A stretch of 64,000 nucleotides of DNA from Halarcobacter sp. (lineage in GTDB: Bacteria; Campylobacterota; Campylobacteria; Campylobacterales; Arcobacteraceae), in contig OY781089.1 in NCBI GenBank assembly GCA_963676565.1, forward strand, positions 1,728,001-1,792,000. Direction: 5' to 3'. This document shows, piece after piece, positions 58,554 through 64,000 of this stretch. Made by a program: the position numbers and the translations under genes. How positions within the stretch are numbered: position 1 is the first letter of the stretch; each line of letters begins with the position of its first letter. The notes under the pieces are model-generated. The model searched no databases and had not been told where the DNA came from. It saw only the letters and a program-made list of their open reading frames with translations.

Positions 58554-61130
58554 ATGAGTTTATTAGCTACTTATAAAGCACATACACAAGAGAGATTAAA
58601 TGAGGGTGGATTACCACCACTAGCTTTAACTGCAGAAGAAACGGCAGAGCTAGTTGAATTATTAAAAGCAGATACTGTTGAGGAAGCAGATTACTGTTTA
58701 GAATTATTCAAAAATAAAATTAATCCAGGTGTTGATGATGCAGCATATGTAAAAGCTGCATTTTTAAATGATATTGTACAAGGAAATGTAACATGTTCAG
58801 TAATTTCAAAAGCTGAAGCAGTTGAGATTCTTGGAACTATGATGGGTGGATTTAATGTTACTCCATTAATCGAAGCTCTAAAAGTTGAAGAGGTTGCAGA
58901 AATTGCAGCTACACAATTAAAAAACACTATCTTAGTATACGATGCATTCAATGATGTAAAAGATTTAATGGATGCTGGAAATGAAAAAGCAAAAGAAGTA
59001 ATTGAATCATGGGCAAACGCTGAGTGGTTCACAAATAAACCAGCTTTAGAAGAAGAAATCAAATTAACTGTTTACAAAATTCCTGGTGAAACAAATACAG
59101 ATGATTTATCTCCTGCAACTGTTGCCTTTACAAGACCAGATATTCCATTACATGCAACTGCAATGTTACAATCTAGAATGGAAAATCCACTAGAAACTAT
59201 GGAAGAATTAAGAGCTAAAGGTAACCCATTAGCATACGTTGGGGACGTTGTTGGTACAGGTTCTTCTAGAAAATCAGGTATTAACTCAGTTCAATGGCAC
59301 ATGGGTAGAGATATTCCAGGTGTTCCAAATAAAAGAACTGGTGGTGTTGTAATTGGTTCTATTATTGCTCCAATTTTCTTCAATACTGCAGAAGATTCAG
59401 GATGTTTACCAATTGAAGCTCCAGTTGATGAATTAGAAACTGGTGATGAAATTATTGTAAAACCATATGCTGGACAAATCCTTAAAAATGGTGAAGTAGT
59501 ATCTGAGTTTAAATTAGCTCCAAATACAATGACTGATGAGATGAGAGCAGGGGGAAGAATCCCTTTAATTATTGGTAAAGGTTTAACTGCAAAAGCTAGA
59601 GAGACTTTAGGTTTAGGTGCATCTGATATGTTCATTACACCTGAGCAACCAGCAGATTCAGGTAAAGGATTCTCTCAAGCACAAAAAATGGTTGGACGTG
59701 CTTGTGGTATGGAAGGTGTTAGACCAGGTATGTATGTTGAGCCAATCGCAACAACTGTTGGATCACAAGATACAACTGGACCTATGACAAGAGATGAGAT
59801 TAAAGAGCTTGCAGCACTTAGCTTTGGTGCTGATATGGTTATGCAATCATTTTGTCACACAGCTGCTTACCCAAAACCAGCAGATATTAAATTAAGACAC
59901 ACTTTACCAGATTTCATCAACTCAAGAGGTGGTGTTACACTTAAGCCAGGTGATGGTGTTATTCACTCATGGTTAAATAGATTATGTTTACCAGATACAG
60001 TTGGAACTGGTGGAGATTCTCACACAAGATTCCCAATTGGTATCTCTTTTCCAGCTGGTTCTGGTCTTATTGCATTCGCAGGTGTTACTGGTATGATGCC
60101 ATTAACTATGCCAGAATCTGTATTAGTTAAATTTAAAGGTGAAATGCAACCAGGAATTACTTTAAGAGATTTAGTTAACGCTATTCCATATCAAGCAATT
60201 CAAGATGGTTTATTAACTGTTCCTAAGAAAAATAAAAAGAATGTTTTTGCTGGTACAATTATTGAAATCCAAGGTTTACCAGATTTAAAAGTTGAGCAAG
60301 CATTTGAGTTATCTGATGCAGCAGCAGAAAGATCAGCAGCAGCTTGTTCTGTTCAATTAAACAAAGAACCAATTATTGAATACTTATCTTCAAATATCGC
60401 TTTAATTGAAAAAATGATTGAAGAGGGTTATGAAGATGCTAGAACTCTTCAAAGAAGAGCTGACAAAATGAAAGAATGGTTAGCAAATCCAGAATTAATT
60501 GAGCCAGATGCAGATGCTGAATATAAAGCAGTAATAGAAATTGACTTAAATACAATTACTGAACCAATCTTAGCTTGTCCAAACGATCCAGATGATGTTG
60601 CTACAATTTCTGAAATTTTAGCTGATGATTCTAGACCTAAGAAAATAGAAGAGGTATTTGTTGGTTCTTGTATGACTAACATTGGTCTTTTCAGAGCTTT
60701 AGGTGAAGTTCTTAAAGGTGAGGGTGAAGTTCCTGCTAAATTATGGGTTGCTCCTCCAACAAAAATGGATGAAGCACAATTAACTGAAGAGGGTTATTAT
60801 GCAATTTTTGCAGCAGCTGGTGCAAGATTAGAAATCCCTGGATGTTCTTTATGTATGGGTAACCAAGCACAAGTGAGTGAAGGATCAGTTGTATTCTCTA
60901 CTTCTACAAGAAACTTTGATAATAGACTTGGTAAAAACTCTAAAGTATATTTAGGTTCTGCTGAAATGGCTGCAGTATCTGCATTACTAGGAAGACTTCC
61001 AACTGTTGAAGAATATATGGAAATTGTACCTAAGAAAATTACAGCTGAAAACAAAGATGGTGTTTACAAATACTTAAACTTCCATCAAGTTTCAACTGAT
61101 CACTTAACTACATTAGTTACTTCAAGATAA
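58554..61130 (+). CDS. acnB: Aconitate hydratase B
   Basis: [40 protein letters not shown] and [10 protein letters not shown] motifs. Confidence 0.98.
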   Translation: MSLLATYKAHTQERLNEGGLPPLALTAEETAELVELLKADTVEEADYCLELFKNKINPGVDDAAYVKAAFLNDIVQGNVTCSVISKAEAVEILGTMMGGFNVTPLIEALKVEEVAEIAATQLKNTILVYDAFNDVKDLMDAGNEKAKEVIESWANAEWFTNKPALEEEIKLTVYKIPGETNTDDLSPATVAFTRPDIPLHATAMLQSRMENPLETMEELRAKGNPLAYVGDVVGTGSSRKSGINSVQWHMGRDIPGVPNKRTGGVVIGSIIAPIFFNTAEDSGCLPIEAPVDELETGDEIIVKPYAGQILKNGEVVSEFKLAPNTMTDEMRAGGRIPLIIGKGLTAKARETLGLGASDMFITPEQPADSGKGFSQAQKMVGRACGMEGVRPGMYVEPIATTVGSQDTTGPMTRDEIKELAALSFGADMVMQSFCHTAAYPKPADIKLRHTLPDFINSRGGVTLKPGDGVIHSWLNRLCLPDTVGTGGDSHTRFPIGISFPAGSGLIAFAGVTGMMPLTMPESVLVKFKGEMQPGITLRDLVNAIPYQAIQDGLLTVPKKNKKNVFAGTIIEIQGLPDLKVEQAFELSDAAAERSAAACSVQLNKEPIIEYLSSNIALIEKMIEEGYEDARTLQRRADKMKEWLANPELIEPDADAEYKAVIEIDLNTITEPILACPNDPDDVATISEILADDSRPKKIEEVFVGSCMTNIGLFRALGEVLKGEGEVPAKLWVAPPTKMDEAQLTEEGYYAIFAAAGARLEIPGCSLCMGNQAQVSEGSVVFSTSTRNFDNRLGKNSKVYLGSAEMAAVSALLGRLPTVEEYMEIVPKKITAENKDGVYKYLNFHQVSTDHLTTLVTSR

Positions 61131-61133
61131 TGA

Positions 61134-61158
61134 AAACTCAAGCTTTAAGCTTGAGTTT
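61134..61158 (+). terminator. Hairpin after acnB
   Basis: AAACTCAAGCT-TTA-AGCTTGAGTTT. Confidence 0.75.
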
Positions 61159-61160
61159 CC

Positions 61161-61172
61161 ATGAATATTCAT
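61161..61172. promoter_or_regulatory. Candidate TetR operator
   Basis: Perfect palindrome ATGAATATTCAT about 22 bp upstream of TATAAT (61195-61200), before the TetR-hydrogenase genes. Confidence 0.45.
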
Positions 61173-61235
61173 TTACTATTTATCTTTTTAATAATATAAT
61201 TTGAAAGTTTAGTAAGTTCCTCAAAAGGATTAATT

Positions 61236-61826
61236 GTGTCTGCAAAAGAAGAAAAAAAGAATAATATTATAGAAAACTCTTTGAAGCTTTTTTCAAAAAA
61301 TGGTTTTTATAATACAACAATCCCAGATATTGCAAAAGCTATGAAAATGAGTGTTGGTAATATGTATAACTACTTCAAGTCAAAAGAAGAGTTAGCTAAA
61401 TATGCCATAAAATACTCAACTAATGTATTAGCAATAGAGTTAAGAGAGATAAATCAAATGGATATCTCTTCAAAAGATAAAATCTTTGAGTTTACAAAGA
61501 AATATCTTGAAAATGTAAAAGAATCTCCAGAAGTGATTGAATATTTCTTAAGGGTTTATCTATCAAATAGAGAAGTTTTTGGTGATGGATGTGAAGGTTT
61601 TCTTTGTGTTAGTGATTTTGTTACTGAAGTTATGATTTTACTTGATGAAGGTGCTGCTAAGAAGGAGTTTAGACAACAAAATTTCTTCCCTGCATTTGGT
61701 ATGATCATGGGAGCATTAGGTGGATTTGCTTTTCTTACAGGTGAAAAGGTTTTAGATAAAGATGTAATGGATTACGCAGATGAAGTTGCAGAAAATATCT
61801 ATAGAGCTTTAAAGTATGAAGACTAA
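61236..61826 (+). CDS. TetR-family regulator of the hydrogenase genes
   Basis: LFSKNGFYNTTIPDIAKAM.MSVGNMYNYFKSKEEL HTH; overlaps the small-subunit gene. Confidence 0.93.
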   Translation: MSAKEEKKNNIIENSLKLFSKNGFYNTTIPDIAKAMKMSVGNMYNYFKSKEELAKYAIKYSTNVLAIELREINQMDISSKDKIFEFTKKYLENVKESPEVIEYFLRVYLSNREVFGDGCEGFLCVSDFVTEVMILLDEGAAKKEFRQQNFFPAFGMIMGALGGFAFLTGEKVLDKDVMDYADEVAENIYRALKYED

Positions 61827-62709
61827 TAACAAACCTAAAGTTTTATGGTTTCAAGCAGTAACTTGCAATGGAAATACCCATTCACTTTTAAGTGCTAACG
61901 AAAATAGGTTAGCACTTTTTTTTAAATCTTTTGATTTGATTTTTCATCCCTCTTTAAGTGTAGATGTATCATTAAAAGAAATTGTAAATTCAAATGAGCA
62001 GATTGACTTTTTATTAGTTGAGGGTGCAATAAGTAAAGATGAAAAATTTTTTACTATTTCAGATTCTACTACTTATGATTTATTCAATAAGCTTATCAAA
62101 AAAAGCAAGTATGTTGTTGCTGTTGGCTCATGTGCTTCTTATGGTGGTTTACATCAAAAATTTGAGCATAATGATTCAATAAAAGGTCTTCAAGATTCCC
62201 TTGAAACTGAAAATCTATATATTTTAAAACATCCAATTGTAAACATTACAGGATGTCCAGTTCATCCTGAATGGATATTTCAAACACTATTTGCATTAAA
62301 ACATAATGGGAAAATTGCCTTAGATGAATTAGGTCGTCCAAAAGAGTTATATTATGGTTTGGCCCATCATGGATGCACTAGGAATGAATATTTTGAATGG
62401 AAAGTTGAGGGTTCATTTGGGGCGAAAGAGGGATGTTTATTTTACGAGCAAGGGTGTCGAGGACCTATGACACACTCAAATTGTAATAAAGTATTGTGGA
62501 ATGATGTTAGCACTAAAACAAGAGCAGGAATGCCTTGTATTGGCTGTACAGAATTTGATTTCCCTCGGGATAATATGTTTGAGACTAAAAAAAATATTGG
62601 TATCCCAGATGAAGTACCACTTGGAATAAATAAAAGAGCTTATCTATCAATAACTGGTATTGCAAAAACTTTCAAGATAGAAAGACTTCATAAAAAGTTA
62701 ATTGACTAA
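61816..62709 (+). CDS. Cytoplasmic group-2 (likely 2d) [NiFe]-hydrogenase small subunit
   Basis: No Tat signal; TCNGN, GSCASYGG, GCPVHP, HGCTR, GCRGP and PCIGC Fe-S motifs. Confidence 0.92.
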   Translation: MKTNNKPKVLWFQAVTCNGNTHSLLSANENRLALFFKSFDLIFHPSLSVDVSLKEIVNSNEQIDFLLVEGAISKDEKFFTISDSTTYDLFNKLIKKSKYVVAVGSCASYGGLHQKFEHNDSIKGLQDSLETENLYILKHPIVNITGCPVHPEWIFQTLFALKHNGKIALDELGRPKELYYGLAHHGCTRNEYFEWKVEGSFGAKEGCLFYEQGCRGPMTHSNCNKVLWNDVSTKTRAGMPCIGCTEFDFPRDNMFETKKNIGIPDEVPLGINKRAYLSITGIAKTFKIERLHKKLID

Positions 62710-63348
62710 TTTAATCTTTTTATTTTTTGAACTTAAATAAATTTTAGTCCATTTGTAGTTACTCAAATTTTTTATATCAGATAAAATATCTATCTCTTTA
62801 TTATTTAAATCAATTGTTTCTAAAGTATGTAAAACTAAAATATCATCTCTTTTGGTTAAGGGTAAAATCTCTTTATTTATACTATCTAAAATAAATAGAT
62901 CAGAGTATGAATTTTCTTGATAACCTAAAACCAAATGGTATTCATTGTTATGAAGATTGTGTATCACTGAAAGTTTTGATTCCTCAACACCTAATTCAAT
63001 CAAAGTAAAATATTTGGCAATAACAAAATCTTCACAATCTCCTGCACCTTTAATTATAAACTCTTTTCTAGTAGCCCAATAATCTTTTTTGTTGTAAATG
63101 GTTTCATCACTTACATATGGATAAGTATTATAAAAATCATTAACCTCATTTAATTTTATAAAGTCATCATCTACGTCTTTTAATGATTTTTTTAATAGCA
63201 TCAAATCATTTATTCTATCAAAGATGATATTTTTTTGTGATGAGTGAGATATTTTAATAAAATCTTCATCTGTAATTTTTAAATCTTCTAATGTTGAAGA
63301 AAAGAGTAAAGTTGTAGTCAATAATGTAATTAGGAATAAGTTTTTCAT
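62698..63348 (-). CDS. Transglutaminase-like cysteine protease (LapG/BTLCP family)
   Basis: Signal peptide; DYWAT, GDCEDFVIAKY, HLVL and ILDS (Cys-His-Asp triad). Confidence 0.9.
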   Translation of the reverse strand: MKNLFLITLLTTTLLFSSTLEDLKITDEDFIKISHSSQKNIIFDRINDLMLLKKSLKDVDDDFIKLNEVNDFYNTYPYVSDETIYNKKDYWATRKEFIIKGAGDCEDFVIAKYFTLIELGVEESKLSVIHNLHNNEYHLVLGYQENSYSDLFILDSINKEILPLTKRDDILVLHTLETIDLNNKEIDILSDIKNLSNYKWTKIYLSSKNKKIKLVN

Positions 63349-63399
63349 TGGTGAATTATAATCAATTTATGATAAAATCACAACTTGTGAAAGGGAAAT

Positions 63400-64000
63400 A
63401 TGAAAACAGTTGACTTAGTAGAAAGAATTGAAGGGGAAGCAAAACTTGTTTGCTCTTGGGATGATGGAATTATTACAGATACAAAAATTAAGTTTTTGAA
63501 TTTTAGAGGTTTTGAATTTATCTTAGAAGGAAAACCTGTACTTGATGCACTAGTTTATACACCTAGAATTTGTGGAATTTGTGGTCAAGCACACCTAAAA
63601 GCAACTGTTGACGCCCTTGAAAATGCCTATGAAAACATAGGTGAAGAATTAACTGTAACAAATAAAGCAAAACTGTTAAGAGAAATTGGTCTAAATATTG
63701 AGATGATTGATTCACATATTAAATGGTTTTATCTATTTATTATGCCTGATATGACAAAACTTTCTAAAAAAGAATATTCAGGGTATGAGCCATTCTCAGG
63801 TAAGAAGTGGTTAAAAGGAACTTCAATAGCTAGTGAGATTATAAAATCCCTTGCAATTATTGGTGGTCAGTGGCCACATACTTCTTATATGATACCAGGA
63901 GGGGTTATGAGTGACCCTACACTTTTAGATTTAGTTACTATGGAAAATTATCTTGATAATGCTATTAGGTTTTTTGAAGAGGATTTTGCAGGAGTTTCAC
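63400..64000 (+). CDS. [NiFe]-hydrogenase large subunit, 5' part (runs off the window)
   Basis: MKTVDLVERIEGEA, FRGFE, L1 motif PRICGICGQAH and GGQWPH..PGG; absent from the ORF track. Confidence 0.93.
   Translation, partial: MKTVDLVERIEGEAKLVCSWDDGIITDTKIKFLNFRGFEFILEGKPVLDALVYTPRICGICGQAHLKATVDALENAYENIGEELTVTNKAKLLREIGLNIEMIDSHIKWFYLFIMPDMTKLSKKEYSGYEPFSGKKWLKGTSIASEIIKSLAIIGGQWPHTSYMIPGGVMSDPTLLDLVTMENYLDNAIRFFEEDFAGVS

Noticed and set aside
58691..61054. Antisense ORFs inside acnB, and similar ones inside htpG, ppaC, MMPL, yebC, tlpA and the PIN-PhoH gene
   Set aside because: These are shadow frames of strongly biased coding strands, with no RBS or recognisable motifs
1..64000. CRISPR arrays, tRNA/rRNA genes, IS elements, prophage or defence islands
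   Set aside because: No spaced direct repeats, cloverleafs, transposase/integrase, or recognisable phage or defence proteins were seen

Overview
This is an AT-rich chromosomal window. The gene content (ciaB, a TetR-linked cytoplasmic group-2 [NiFe]-hydrogenase, mlaA-mlaC-MMPL, TGn-TATAAT promoters) points to Campylobacterota, most likely Arcobacteraceae (inference). It carries about 60 mostly housekeeping, regulatory or envelope genes, including ftnA, ppaC, leuA-like, speB, ybaK, a large NAD-GDH, ciaB, htpG, pxpABC, dbpA, ppiC, mltB, yebC, acnB and four GGDEF/EAL proteins. I saw no rRNA, tRNA, CRISPR array, integrase or transposase. The best candidate for an undescribed system is at 7765-9278: an unannotated 23-codon Leu-rich leader peptide overlapping a 91-nt G-free, C-rich tract, with no intrinsic terminator. 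It lies upstream of a 2-isopropylmalate synthase that lacks its leucine-feedback domain, which suggests a Rho-dependent, ribosome-mediated leucine attenuator. Other notable items are a CIRCE between the divergent ciaB and htpG, a 131-bp ERIC-like palindromic element, an orphan Fur-boxed FeoB-associated microprotein, several probably leaderless genes, and a LapG-like protease gene lying antisense between the hydrogenase small and large subunits.
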